Shown here: positions 27,349 to 36,636 of the stretch, piece after piece
Layout: the number at the start of each line of letters is the position of its first letter
How positions within the stretch are numbered: the first letter of the stretch is position 1
Source of the DNA: a virus
IMG/VR virus record: IMGVR_UViG_3300010373_000007
Coordinates: 1 to 64,000 of that record
Length of the DNA: 64,000 nt
Reading direction: 5' to 3' (one strand)
Made by a program: the position numbers and the translations under genes
Notes under the pieces: generated by a model
Database searches by the model: none
Told to the model about the DNA's origin: nothing
What the model saw: the letters and a program-made list of their open reading frames with translations, nothing else

Positions 27349-27671
27349 CCGACCAGGAGATCATCGCCCTCGCGAAGAAGGATCTCGCGGGGGCTGGCGA
27401 GGTCGCGGCATTGCTCTACATGGGCCCCGACGAGCAGCCTCCCATGGAACCGAAGTCCTGGGACGAGTGGCGACGCATGCCGCAGACCCGGCGTCTGCTG
27501 AGCTGGATCGTCGAACAGCTGGCCTCACGGCGCGTTGCGCGTGTCGGCGAAGATCAGAGCGACGCCGAACTTCTCAAGGCGCTCAGCCGGGCGCGCGTCC
27601 TGGAGTTCGGCGACCGCGTCGTAGAGGCGATCCTGACGAGCTACGGTCCCGCGAAGAAGGCTGGAGAATGA
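27345..27671 (+). CDS. hypothetical acidic protein coupled to the HTH-like gene
   Basis: GTG 27345 overlaps the upstream TGA (GTGA). 108 aa (VTDQEIIALAKKDLAGAGEVAALLYMGPDEQ..). Confidence 0.45.
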   Translation: MTDQEIIALAKKDLAGAGEVAALLYMGPDEQPPMEPKSWDEWRRMPQTRRLLSWIVEQLASRRVARVGEDQSDAELLKALSRARVLEFGDRVVEAILTSYGPAKKAGE

Positions 27672-27682
27672 GCGGGCGCGCC

Positions 27683-28591
27683 CTACTCGTTCTCGTCGTC
27701 GGCGAGATCGTCCTCATCGTCGCCGCCTGCGCCCTCGCCCGCGTCTTCCTCCGGGTCTAGGTCCAGGATCGGATCGGCCGCGCAGCGGCAGTTGATCCCG
27801 CAGTCGCCCGGCGGCCCGGTGTTACCGTCGGCGTCGGTGGGCGGGTCGTCCCAGTCGTGCACCGTGCCGTCCAGGTCCTGGTGGGCCTCCCGCACGCGGT
27901 CGTCTCCGACGGTCTGCCACTCGTAGCGCGTCACGCCCAGGCTCTGCTGCCGGGCCTGGTTGAAGCGCGAGTTCATCTTCATCGTCTGGTCGCGGGCGAT
28001 CAGCTCGGCGCGGCTCTCGGTGACGTCGCCAAGGTGCTCCACCGCCGCGACCGCCTCGTGCCAGTCGCCGACGTTCTCCCAGTTGTCGCCCAGGACCGTC
28101 TCCAACTCGTCGAAGTAGTCATCCGAGATCGAGGTGATGAGCTGGATGTTGTCGGCGAGCGCGTCCCGCATCTCCGAATGGATCGCCGATTTGTCGAGCA
28201 GGAACGCGGTGCGAAGCTCGACCCCGAGGGACATCCGGATCCGCCCGGCCAGCTTGTTGTCGGTCTCCTGGGCCTGGGCGACGACCGTCCGGCTGGCGAT
28301 GCGCGGGGCCTTCTCGTGCACCTCGGGCGTCACCTTCCCGCGCAGGCGTCCGACCTCGTGCCTGATGGACGGTGGGCGGGCGTCGTGGGCGGCGGGCCAG
28401 TGCGGGCGGAGGTTGCGGACGGCCTCCAGCCCCGCGGCGCGCAGGGGGCCGACGATCTCGTGGATGAGCGCCCCGGCGTAGCGGGTGGCGATGGCGATGC
28501 TTGGGCGGATGGCCCCGAGGCGCCGCGCGCGCCGGACGCGGAGGCGCTCCCCGTGCGGGTGCTGGGCGACGAAGTGCCCGAGATGGATCAC
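27683..28591 (-). CDS. head morphogenesis protein (SPP1 gp7 / Mu F family)
   Basis: Start at GTG 28591 (GTGA overlap). AELIARDQTMKMNSRFNQARQQSLGVTRYEWQTVGDDRVREAHQDLDG..PGDCGINCRC is the family signature. Acidic tail. Confidence 0.85.
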   Translation of the reverse strand: MIHLGHFVAQHPHGERLRVRRARRLGAIRPSIAIATRYAGALIHEIVGPLRAAGLEAVRNLRPHWPAAHDARPPSIRHEVGRLRGKVTPEVHEKAPRIASRTVVAQAQETDNKLAGRIRMSLGVELRTAFLLDKSAIHSEMRDALADNIQLITSISDDYFDELETVLGDNWENVGDWHEAVAAVEHLGDVTESRAELIARDQTMKMNSRFNQARQQSLGVTRYEWQTVGDDRVREAHQDLDGTVHDWDDPPTDADGNTGPPGDCGINCRCAADPILDLDPEEDAGEGAGGDDEDDLADDENE

Positions 28592-28953
28592 GTCTCGCGC
28601 GCGGCCTGGTAGGCGATCCCGCGGAGGAGGGCGCCGTAGATCTCCGCCTTGATCTGCCCGACCGCCTTGTCCTTGGCGATGGCGTTCATCGTCTCCGGGC
28701 GCGCGCCGCGCATGTTCCGGTACTTCACCAGGGCGACCTCCTCGGCCTCCATGGCGGTCACGAGGCCCTCGGCCAGCGTCCCGATGAACCGCCGCATCGC
28801 CGGCAGCTTGACGAGCGCCTTCCACTCGGCCGGGGTGACGCTGTCGAACTCGTCCACCGGCATCGCGTCCAGGCCGAGTTCCTTGGCCACCGCCAGCGCC
28901 TTCCGGGTGACGTCCCGGTCGCGGGTCTCATCGCGCAGGATCTTGACGGCCAT
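28588..28953 (-). CDS. hypothetical protein between portal and MuF-like gene
   Basis: 121 aa. TGATG overlap with the portal stop and GTGA overlap with the next start. Confidence 0.6.
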   Translation of the reverse strand: MAVKILRDETRDRDVTRKALAVAKELGLDAMPVDEFDSVTPAEWKALVKLPAMRRFIGTLAEGLVTAMEAEEVALVKYRNMRGARPETMNAIAKDKAVGQIKAEIYGALLRGIAYQAARET

Positions 28954-30746
28954 CAGGTCACCCCCTTCGCGGCCTTGGCCGCTTCGATCTGGCGGAGGCG
29001 CTCGTTCGCCTCGGCGCGGCTGGAATAGGTCCCCATCTTACGGCCGCTCTCGGCGTAGACGACGAACTTCCCGCCCTCCTTGCGGACGTAGTCCTTCCCC
29101 GTGGCGTCGCTGGCGTGGCCGCCGACCGGGCCGCCGGCGGCGGGTTCGACCGGCGCGCCGGCGGTGGGAGCCTTCTTCTCGGCGGGCTGGCCGGGCTTGC
29201 CGACGGGTTGCTGCGCGATCGCCATGGCGGCCATGCGCTCGATGAGCTGGACGTCCTTCTCGGACATCGACTTGTAGACGCCGTTCGCCCGAAGCTCCTC
29301 GGCGATGATGTGCTCCAAGACGGCGCCCTGGACGAGGTAGATCTGGTCCCGCTCGGCGTTGAGCTTCTGGATCTCGGCGCGCTCCTTGTCGGTGACCTGC
29401 CAGAGGGGCGGGAAGTCCAGCTCGTACCCGGTCGGCATCGACCCGGAGAGGTGCCGAAGCAAGACCTCGTCGAGGGTCTCGATCGGATGGCGCATGGTGC
29501 GCTCGCGGTCCGAGTCGAGGCGGTCGTAGTAGTTGCGGATGTCAGACTCACCGGTGGCGGTGAGGCCAGCGGGGCTCTGCCCGAACAGGCGGGTCATGGG
29601 GACGTCGGCGGCGCCGCAGACGTTGATCATGAACTTCTCGGCGACGTCCTTGAGGCCGGCGAAGGTGGTGGTCTTCTGCTGCCAGGTCTCGTGCGCCTGG
29701 TCCTTGGGGCCGTTCGCCTTCCCGCCGTCGAGCACCATCATGTGGTTGATCGACTTGAGGACTCCGAGCGCGGCGTAGCGATCGACGACCTGCTGGGACA
29801 GGGTGCCGCCAGGAGTGAGCGCCTGGGCGAGGCCGGGGCTGGTGATGATGTCGACCGACGCCTCGTAGACCAGGGAGGCGATCCCGGCCATCGTCGCATC
29901 GTAGTCGCGGATCACCTCGGCGACGTGCTGGAGGACGGAGTCGTCCCAGAAGGCGTTCTGGATCCAGAGGAACCAGGGGAGCGGCTCGCCCTCGAACTTG
30001 AGGACGCGCGTCCAGTGGACGAGGTACTGGCTCGTGGTGGCGCCGGCCGATCCCGAGACCGTGTAGTACTTCGGCCTGCCGTAGTTCGTGGTGCGCCGGT
30101 CCTCGTCCAGCTCACCGGTTGCGGCGAGGCGCCAGCGGTCGAGGACGTGCAGGTTGCGGAGCTGCCCCTTCTGGATCGTCGCGATGTCGAGCGGTTGGCT
30201 CCAGTCCTCCTGGCCCTTGATGTCGAGGACGATCCCCGCGCCGCCGTAGAGCCGTCCCCAGGTCAGGGCGTCGAGCACCTTCCCGCGGACGTTGAATTTC
30301 TTCTCGGCGACCTTGAGCTGCGCCAGGAGCTGGTTGCCGGGCTCGTCCCAGCCGTCCCACTTCCGCTCGACCCAGGCGCGGGTCATGTCGTCGGCGGGCG
30401 TGCGGACGATCCGCTTGGCCAGCCAGGACGATCGAAACATGTTCTCCAGCTCGACCCGGGTGAGGGTCAGCGGGAAGGCGTAGAACGAGTGGGAGCGCTT
30501 GTCCTGGCGCGTCCCCAGGGCCGCCACGAAGTTCTTCAGGCTATCGCCCTGGTAGGGGACCGAGGAGCGCCGCGCCTCGGCGTCGTTCGCAATCAGGGCC
30601 CGCCGCGCGCGCGCCAGGGTCTCCGGGGGCAGGTACTGCGCCGCCTGGGCGCGGGCGGCCGCCTGGAAGCGCGGCGAGGCGGCGTCCCCGATCGGCGTCC
30701 TCCGGACCATCGCGCGGGAGACCCGGGACGCTGCCTGCTTCGCCAT
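28953..30746 (-). CDS. portal protein (DUF1073-like) with an extra C-terminal module
   Basis: Start at M13 (MAKQAAS). GDSLKNFVAALGTRQDKRSHSFY..SSWLAKRIVRTPADDMTRAW fits the remembered DUF1073 portal pattern. Lies between terL and the MuF-like gene. The last 87 aa are a P/A linker plus KEGGKFVVYAESGRKMGTYSSRAEANERLRQIE. Confidence 0.85.
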   Translation of the reverse strand: MAKQAASRVSRAMVRRTPIGDAASPRFQAAARAQAAQYLPPETLARARRALIANDAEARRSSVPYQGDSLKNFVAALGTRQDKRSHSFYAFPLTLTRVELENMFRSSWLAKRIVRTPADDMTRAWVERKWDGWDEPGNQLLAQLKVAEKKFNVRGKVLDALTWGRLYGGAGIVLDIKGQEDWSQPLDIATIQKGQLRNLHVLDRWRLAATGELDEDRRTTNYGRPKYYTVSGSAGATTSQYLVHWTRVLKFEGEPLPWFLWIQNAFWDDSVLQHVAEVIRDYDATMAGIASLVYEASVDIITSPGLAQALTPGGTLSQQVVDRYAALGVLKSINHMMVLDGGKANGPKDQAHETWQQKTTTFAGLKDVAEKFMINVCGAADVPMTRLFGQSPAGLTATGESDIRNYYDRLDSDRERTMRHPIETLDEVLLRHLSGSMPTGYELDFPPLWQVTDKERAEIQKLNAERDQIYLVQGAVLEHIIAEELRANGVYKSMSEKDVQLIERMAAMAIAQQPVGKPGQPAEKKAPTAGAPVEPAAGGPVGGHASDATGKDYVRKEGGKFVVYAESGRKMGTYSSRAEANERLRQIEAAKAAKGVT

Positions 30747-30791
30747 GGCCCCGATGGTAGACGGGGCGCGGGGCGCGCACAAGGCGGACGG

Positions 30792-31097
30792 CTACTTGGC
30801 GGCGGCGGCGATGACCATCTCCCCGACGTCTGCCTGAAGACGCCGGAGTTTCATGCGGTCGCGCCATGCTTCGCTTTTGCCTAGCCGATCCACAGAACCA
30901 TCAATCACCCCTATCCCGCCGAGCGCAGACAGCACGGCGTCGCCGACGGTCCGGAAGCGAACGAAGCGCTTTGTCTGCGCTGCGGTCATCCGGGTAGCCG
31001 GACATTCGGCATCGCCACATTTCGTCCATCCGCGCAGGAGAAGCTCCTCGCCGCACCCTGGGCAATCGGGCAGATGCCTTCGCATCCGCTCAGCCAT
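30792..31097 (-). CDS. small zinc-ribbon protein
   Basis: 101 aa. CPGCGEELLLRGWTKCGDAECP. Confidence 0.55.
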   Translation of the reverse strand: MAERMRRHLPDCPGCGEELLLRGWTKCGDAECPATRMTAAQTKRFVRFRTVGDAVLSALGGIGVIDGSVDRLGKSEAWRDRMKLRRLQADVGEMVIAAAAK

Positions 31098-31428
31098 GGC
31101 GAGCCTCGTCCAGATGGGAGATCAGTTCTTGCGCAGCTTCCGCGACCCCGCGAGGTGCTGCGGCTCCGATGTATTCACCGGGGAGCACCTCGGCGGCCAC
31201 GTGTCGCAGCAGCGCCTCCATCTCGGGAGCGGCGGCGATGAGGGTCCGCGTCCCCGCCGACGGAACGTCCACCGGCTCCCCGGTCTTTGCGCTCCGCATC
31301 TTCATCGCGGAGACGAATGCCAGGTAGGTGTACTCGATGTCGACTAGCGTCCAGTTGCCACCGGCGTCCCGCTGCCAGATCCAGGCGTGGGCTTGCCGCG
31401 CTTCGGTTGTCGGTTTGTCAGCGCTCAC
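31090..31428 (-). CDS. hypothetical protein
   Basis: 112 aa, GTG start, preceded by the GGCGTAATCT motif (31440..31449). Confidence 0.55.
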   Translation of the reverse strand: MSADKPTTEARQAHAWIWQRDAGGNWTLVDIEYTYLAFVSAMKMRSAKTGEPVDVPSAGTRTLIAAAPEMEALLRHVAAEVLPGEYIGAAAPRGVAEAAQELISHLDEARHG

Positions 31429-31451
31429 GGGATGACCCTAGATTACGCCGC

Positions 31452-32846
31452 TCAGGCGACGTCGAAGATCGAGATCTCCGGCCCGTTGTTCCACAGGTGG
31501 GCCAGCGCGTCGACCTGATCCGAGAATGGGTCGTTGACGCCGGTCCAGGTCTCCAGCTCGTAGAGGAACGGCTCCAGCCAGGGGGGGTTGCCGAGCGGCA
31601 CGAGCACGCGCCCCTGGTTCCAGGCGGCGGCGACGCCCTGCGCGCGCTGGAACTTGTCGCCCTTGGCGGGGCTGGCGACGATCCGGGCGTGGGGGTCGAC
31701 CCGCCAGATGGTGTCCATGACCGCGCGCCCCGGGCCCGGCCCCTCCACCGCCGCCATCGCGCCGTCGTTGCGCTCCTGGAAGCCGCGGAGGTCGTCGCAG
31801 AACTGCGGGACGGTGACCTGCTCGTGGTAGACGTCCGTCAGGTAGAGGATCCGCTCGTCCTCGATGACGCCACGGAAGCGCCCCGAGACCGCGGCCGAGT
31901 AGCACGCCGTCTCCGAGTCGCTGGCCGCCGGGTCCGCGCCGATCCCAATCTGGCAGTCGTTGAAGTTGACCGTCTTGGGGTCGTAGTAGTGCGGCGCTCC
32001 GAACAACCGCGTCCCCTTAACGCGCGGCTCACCCTGGAAGAGGGCGGAGAAGTTGAACTCGCCGATCGTGCGCTGCTTCTTCTTGAGCCACTCGGCGGGG
32101 TACATCTCCGGCCAGAGCGCGTTCCCATCCGCGTCGAGCGCGGGCAGGTTGATGAACTGCCAGCCCGAGATGTCCCCCTTCTTCTGCATCCGCTTCAGGC
32201 GCCCGATCGCGTCGTCGGGGTGCCAGCGGGTCTGGATCAGGAAGATCGGCGCGCCGCCCTCAAGGCGGGTCAGCGCGACGGCCTGGATGGCGTCGAACAC
32301 CTTCTCCCGGTAGGCGCGGCTGTTGGCGTCCTCGGGCCCGGCGTAGGGGTCGTCGATCACCAGTGGGCCCTGGATGCGCTTGCCGGTCAGCGACTCCATG
32401 CCGCCGGCGACGAGGCCGCCGTTCTGGGTGGTGCGCCACTCCCGCTTGGCGTTCGACTCCTCCGATAGCTCGACGCCCGCCATCTCGGTCAGGATGCGGG
32501 TCTGGGCGCTCTTTCCGAGGGCCTGGTCGGCGTTGTAGCTGTTGTACGCGCACAGATCGCCGGGGAACTTCGAGAGCCACCAGGCGATGGCGTGCATGAC
32601 GAGGTAGCTCTTGGCGTGCCCGGGGGGCATCGAGACCCCGACCATCACGTCGCGCTCGACCCGCGCGCGCTCGAAGGCGTTGATCAGCGGCCGGAGGTGG
32701 GGCGGCGGCGGCCGGTGCGGCGCCATCCGCGTCATGAACTCCGCCAGCCCCTCCCCGCCGGCGATCGCCTCCACGTCCCCCGAGAACGCATCCCGCTCGT
32801 CCTCGGTCATCGCCTCCCAGACCTCTGGGGTCAGGCCATCGAGCAC
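31452..32846 (-). CDS. terL: terminase large subunit
   Basis: 464 aa. P-loop-like SMPPGHAKS, Walker B PLVIDDPY, IQTRWHPDD, and a nuclease-type C-terminal half. Followed by the portal module. Confidence 0.9.
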   Translation of the reverse strand: MLDGLTPEVWEAMTEDERDAFSGDVEAIAGGEGLAEFMTRMAPHRPPPPHLRPLINAFERARVERDVMVGVSMPPGHAKSYLVMHAIAWWLSKFPGDLCAYNSYNADQALGKSAQTRILTEMAGVELSEESNAKREWRTTQNGGLVAGGMESLTGKRIQGPLVIDDPYAGPEDANSRAYREKVFDAIQAVALTRLEGGAPIFLIQTRWHPDDAIGRLKRMQKKGDISGWQFINLPALDADGNALWPEMYPAEWLKKKQRTIGEFNFSALFQGEPRVKGTRLFGAPHYYDPKTVNFNDCQIGIGADPAASDSETACYSAAVSGRFRGVIEDERILYLTDVYHEQVTVPQFCDDLRGFQERNDGAMAAVEGPGPGRAVMDTIWRVDPHARIVASPAKGDKFQRAQGVAAAWNQGRVLVPLGNPPWLEPFLYELETWTGVNDPFSDQVDALAHLWNNGPEISIFDVA

Positions 32847-32847
32847 G

Positions 32848-33420
32848 CTACTCCTCGTCGCTCGCTGCGGCCTCGGCGACCTGAGCCGCCACTCGGGCGC
32901 GGGCGGCCTCCAGGAGCTGCGCGGCGCGCGCGCGGCGCTCCCCGGATGTCAGGACCACCGCAGTGGCCGTCGACTCGGTCTGGATGGGGCCGCCGCCCTC
33001 GCCGGCGATGTGCACGACCTTGGCGGCCTCCGTCCCCTCCAGGCGCGACAGGTGGCGCTCCAGCTTGTCCACCTCGCCGTAGAGGCCCTTGGACACCAGG
33101 ACCGGCAGCCGCTTGTAGTGCCGCCGGATCGCCCGCTGGCGGGCCACGCGGCGCCCGGGTAGGGGGTCGTCCTTCCAGCGCTGGGTCACCCGAGCGACAT
33201 AGTCGTCAACGGTTCGGTCGGGGAGCGGCTCGGCCTCGGCTTGGGCGTCGGCTCCGGCTCCCGGCGGCAACGCCGCGATGGCCAGGACCTTCCCGTACCG
33301 GGCCCGGGGGATGTTCAGCAGCATCGCGTCCTCCAGGGCGTCAACCAGCCGGAGGATCTGAGCCTGACTGCGGGGTGTGCCGTGGGGGACCTTGGCCGGC
33401 GCGACCTTACGCGACTTCAC
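32848..33420 (-). CDS. terminase small subunit (by position)
   Basis: 190 aa, GTG start, stop 1 nt before the terL start. Basic N-terminus with HTH-like RSQAQILRLVDALEDA. Confidence 0.55.
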   Translation of the reverse strand: MKSRKVAPAKVPHGTPRSQAQILRLVDALEDAMLLNIPRARYGKVLAIAALPPGAGADAQAEAEPLPDRTVDDYVARVTQRWKDDPLPGRRVARQRAIRRHYKRLPVLVSKGLYGEVDKLERHLSRLEGTEAAKVVHIAGEGGGPIQTESTATAVVLTSGERRARAAQLLEAARARVAAQVAEAAASDEE

Positions 33421-33476
33421 GGCTCCAAGGGTAACGCGACGGTCGGGGGACCGTCAATGGATGGCCCGGGGCGCGG

Positions 33477-33878
33477 TCAGCGCCCGGCGTCCGGGAGCAA
33501 GTCCCAGTCGTCGATGCTCGGGACGTACGGGGCCGGGCGGGCGGCCTTGTGGATGGTGCAGGCGCAGCCCAGGCGGCAGCCGGCCTCCGAGTCGGGGCGG
33601 TGGTCGCGGGAGCAAGAGCCGACGCGGTCCCCCTTGGTCATAGCGGCCTTCGGCGGGGGAAGCGTGGCAACGATGCCGCGCCTCGCCTGTTCGGGCAGCG
33701 GGTCGCGGCGCCCGTCCATCCAGCAAGCCTCGCAGCATCCAGCTCCGCCGATGATCCTGCCGTTCTCGTCGCGGTTGAACAGCGCCCTGGACGCCGCGGT
33801 CATGCAAACGATTCCGACGGCCAAGCGCTGGGTACAGCACCAGTGGATCGAGACCTTCTCCCATTGCTGCATGCCCAT
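33477..33878 (-). CDS. Cys-rich hypothetical protein
   Basis: 133 aa with CC, CCEAC and CRLGCAC clusters. SD GAGGAGG, with GGCGTAGTAT upstream (33897..33906). Confidence 0.5.
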   Translation of the reverse strand: MGMQQWEKVSIHWCCTQRLAVGIVCMTAASRALFNRDENGRIIGGAGCCEACWMDGRRDPLPEQARRGIVATLPPPKAAMTKGDRVGSCSRDHRPDSEAGCRLGCACTIHKAARPAPYVPSIDDWDLLPDAGR

Positions 33879-33925
33879 GTGGATCCTCCTCGGGGGATAC
33901 TACGCCGAGCTGGTGACGAGGGCGA

Positions 33926-34156
33926 TCAGGGCGCCGCCCAGTCGAAGTAATTGCAGCAGAACGCATCCGGGTTGGCGATGACCTGCCCGGTCTTGCCGTC
34001 GACGAAGCGATCGTCCCCAGCCTTCTTCCAGCGGTAGCTGGACCGGATGTAGTCGGGGTTCTGGCAGCGGTCGCCATTGGGGGCCGGAGCCTGGTACTCG
34101 CACTTGGAGCAGCAGGAGCCGAGGACGGGGACGCGGATGCCGATGGGGGAGGGCAT
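33926..34156 (-). CDS. small Cys-rich protein
   Basis: 76 aa (CCSKC..C..CC). TAGAAT box 7 nt upstream of the ATG and no SD. Confidence 0.45.
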   Translation of the reverse strand: MPSPIGIRVPVLGSCCSKCEYQAPAPNGDRCQNPDYIRSSYRWKKAGDDRFVDGKTGQVIANPDAFCCNYFDWAAP

Positions 34157-34173
34157 GGGGGAGATTCTAACCT

Positions 34174-34539
34174 CTACGGATCCCCCCTGGGGAGCTGCTC
34201 AGGCGCCATAAACACGGCGCATGTCTTCCCGGCTTTCTTCGCCAAGTCGATCGTGTGCTTCGTTCCACGGGACCTGCCGTCCCAGAACGCCGCGATTGCA
34301 TCCGCCTTCTCCACGATGGTCACGTTCCGACGGAATCCGGCTGACTTGCCGAGACCTGACCAGTCGGCCGGGTAAACCTCGACAGCGATGCCCTGCTTCC
34401 GCGCCTCAGTCTCGGCGATCCGGTCGACGCCGCGGGCACCGCCAGAAACCAGGACCGTGCCGAAGTCCAGCGCCCGGACGTACCTGCGCACCATCTCCAT
34501 GTCGGCGAACCCCCTGCTTCCTACGACCGCGACCCTCAT
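34174..34539 (-). CDS. SLOG-fold DUF2493-like protein
   Basis: Start at M60 (ATGA overlap). MRVAVVGSRGF..VLVSGGARGVDRIAETEARKQGIAVEVYPADWSGLGKSAGFRRNVTIVE..AFWDGRSRGTKHTI fits the DUF2493/DprA-like SLOG pattern. Confidence 0.7.
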   Translation of the reverse strand: MRVAVVGSRGFADMEMVRRYVRALDFGTVLVSGGARGVDRIAETEARKQGIAVEVYPADWSGLGKSAGFRRNVTIVEKADAIAAFWDGRSRGTKHTIDLAKKAGKTCAVFMAPEQLPRGDP

Positions 34540-34973
34540 CGGATCGGCTCCCTCGGGGTGCAGTCGGGGCAGGCAATCGCCGCATGATGGAACGACCGCA
34601 CGACCTTCGCCCCCCCGCACGTCTCGCACTCCCGGGTGGGGCGGGGCTGGCAATCGGGGCAGCCGAAGCACCGGGGTCCGCCGGCCTTCCCGCCACGCAC
34701 CTTGGTACCGCCGCACCCCCGGGTGGAGCTCTCCGGGGGCTGGCGGCAGTTCCCGTACGACCCGTCACCCAGCACCGGCGACCCGCACCGCTCACACGCT
34801 GGGCCTGTGGCCGTCGTGAACAGGCCAGCGCTCCCCGTAGGGCGCGAGGCCAGGGCTTCTTGCTGGGAGATGTAGGCGTCGAGGTCGAGCCGAGCCACGC
34901 GCCTGTCTTCGGCGTCGTTCGAAGTCGTCATCAGGACGGCGAGCTTGGCCTGATCATGCGTTACGGGCTTCAT
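34536..34973 (-). CDS. DnaJ-type Cys-rich zinc-finger protein
   Basis: Start at M48 (ATGA overlap). CERCGSP, CGGTKVRGGKAGGPRCFGCPDC, CETCGGAKVV, CPDC. Confidence 0.6.
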   Translation of the reverse strand: MKPVTHDQAKLAVLMTTSNDAEDRRVARLDLDAYISQQEALASRPTGSAGLFTTATGPACERCGSPVLGDGSYGNCRQPPESSTRGCGGTKVRGGKAGGPRCFGCPDCQPRPTRECETCGGAKVVRSFHHAAIACPDCTPREPIR

Positions 34974-35290
34974 CGGGTCTCCGTGGCGAGCCGGAACCTC
35001 ACGCGAGCCGGGTCCAGGAACGCCGCCAGCCGAGCCAGCGACATCCCGACGGTCAGACCCTCGGGAGAGCTTCCGGTGATGAACAGCTCCCATGGGCCGC
35101 CGTCGACGGACCACTCTACGACCCGGCCAAGCAGGGTCTCGCGGGCCGCCCAGCGTAAGTCGTGTTGCTTCTCCAGCACGCCCAGAATCAACCGCGTGTC
35201 GTCGTAGTAGTTCTGTCCCGCCCGGCTGTCGACGAGGGCATTCAGGATGGCTTGGGCAAGCGGGGAGTTTGGCACGGTGTCAGCGTTCAT
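34970..35290 (-). CDS. hypothetical protein
   Basis: Start at M22 (ATGA overlap). 106 aa (MNADTVPNSPLAQAILNALV..). Confidence 0.55.
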   Translation of the reverse strand: MNADTVPNSPLAQAILNALVDSRAGQNYYDDTRLILGVLEKQHDLRWAARETLLGRVVEWSVDGGPWELFITGSSPEGLTVGMSLARLAAFLDPARVRFRLATETR

Positions 35291-35670
35291 CGGTCGGTCT
35301 CCTTCTCTTCGGGGCGTAGGTCCAGGAAGGCACGTACGCGGTGCCTCCAGCACGGAGCATCGGGATGCCAGCAGGCCCTTGACCTACTGGTCATGCACCC
35401 GCCGCCGAGGTCATCGGCCTCCAATAGCCCCCGCGCCGCGACGAGGGCGGACTCTGCGGCTTCCCGGTCGACGTGCTCGCCGCCGTATCGGACTGCCACG
35501 TCGTGCAGCAGTCCCCTCGCCTCCGCAAGCTCTCCCTGGAGGCGCAGGACGTCGGACTCTACCTCTCCGAGGCGCTGGGTTAGGGAGGCGACTTGGGCGC
35601 GGGCCATTCGCAGCGCACCGGCCAGCACGCGCGTGTCCTCGGTTGCCAAGTCGTCATCGCTCGTCTCCAT
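35287..35670 (-). CDS. hypothetical coiled-coil protein
   Basis: Start at M28 (METSDDDLATEDTRVLAG..). C-terminal CMTSRSRACWHPDAPCWRH. Confidence 0.5.
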   Translation of the reverse strand: METSDDDLATEDTRVLAGALRMARAQVASLTQRLGEVESDVLRLQGELAEARGLLHDVAVRYGGEHVDREAAESALVAARGLLEADDLGGGCMTSRSRACWHPDAPCWRHRVRAFLDLRPEEKETDR

Positions 35671-35671
35671 G

Positions 35672-36448
35672 TCAGCGGCCCTCCTTCGGCTGTACTGGGG
35701 GGTGAGTGGCGAGGGAGCGGATGCGGGCCAGGAAGGCATCGGCGCCAGCAAGACCGGCCTTGGCTTTTCCGGTCGCGTCGACCATCTGGTTGTAGACGGC
35801 GAGCGACGGTGGGCCGGCGCCGTTCACCTGATGCCAGTAGGCATCGAATGCGGCGACGAGCCCGCTCAAGTCGCCCTGCACCTTCTCGAAGAACGCCAGG
35901 GTTTCGTTGACCGCCCCGGCCCAGCTTGCAGCGGTCTCCGCTCGTACCCGCTCCAACTCGGCGGTGTGAGCGGCGCGGTCGGCTTCGAGGGATGCGGTCC
36001 AGGCGGCGTCCCGGGCGATGATTGCGTCTGTCAACCGACGAACCCTCAATAGCCCGCTGTGGTCGCGCACCATTTCCTCGTAGAGCTGTTCGGCGAGTTC
36101 CAGCGGCTCCCTCGTCCCCATCCCTGCCCCGTCCCCGGCTCCCCGCGGCTTCCCGTAGTGCCTCTCCCAGCACGCATCGCAGACGGTGAACACGGTTCCG
36201 CCCTCGGCCTTCGTACGCGGTTTGCCGCAGTCGGCACAGGGGTACGTCTCGTCGTCTCCGGCTCCTGGGCTGGGAGTGCGGCGGTTCCACTTTTTTACCG
36301 CGTGAGGTCCGACCGAATGCGATCCGCCGCGGGCGAGGCAGTTCGCGCACTCGACGTAGGCGGTGTTGAAGTCGTGGACCAACGCCCGCACCTCGGACCC
36401 GCAAAACGGACAAGGGGCCAGCGCTCCTGGCGTCCTGGTGGTGGTCAT
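35672..36448 (-). CDS. Lar-like (restriction alleviation) zinc-ribbon domain fused to a helical C-terminal domain
   Basis: PCPFCGSEVRALVHDFNTAYVECANCLARGGSHSVGPHAVKKWNRR matches the Lar-family pattern (CPFCG..C..C..WNRR). A second CxxC..CxxC follows, then about 150 aa of helical sequence. Confidence 0.65.
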   Translation of the reverse strand: MTTTRTPGALAPCPFCGSEVRALVHDFNTAYVECANCLARGGSHSVGPHAVKKWNRRTPSPGAGDDETYPCADCGKPRTKAEGGTVFTVCDACWERHYGKPRGAGDGAGMGTREPLELAEQLYEEMVRDHSGLLRVRRLTDAIIARDAAWTASLEADRAAHTAELERVRAETAASWAGAVNETLAFFEKVQGDLSGLVAAFDAYWHQVNGAGPPSLAVYNQMVDATGKAKAGLAGADAFLARIRSLATHPPVQPKEGR

Positions 36449-36636
36449 GCTGCCCTCGCACGGGTAAGCGGGTCACGTACGATTTCCAGGCCATGCTTCG
36501 CGGCCCATTTTGCTATCCGCTTGTTCGCGGCCCGAGTTTCCGAATCGGACAGAAGGCCGTGAACGCTCAAGAGCATCCACGCGTCCATGAATCGTTTTCC
36601 CAGCGCCAGCGCTCGCTTCTTCTCGTCGTCGCCCAT
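36445..36636 (-). CDS. small hypothetical protein
   Basis: 63 aa. ATGA overlap with the downstream gene. Confidence 0.45.
   Translation of the reverse strand: MGDDEKKRALALGKRFMDAWMLLSVHGLLSDSETRAANKRIAKWAAKHGLEIVRDPLTRARAA

Noticed and set aside
27668-27760. 30-codon hydrophobic ORF (MSGRALLVLVVGEIVLIVAACALARVFLRV), ATGA-coupled to the plus-strand mini-operon.
   Set aside because: It is the exact antisense of the acidic GAC/GAG-rich tail of the MuF-like gene, which automatically yields Leu/Val codons. The hydrophobicity is therefore not independent evidence. It is kept only as a remark in the finding.
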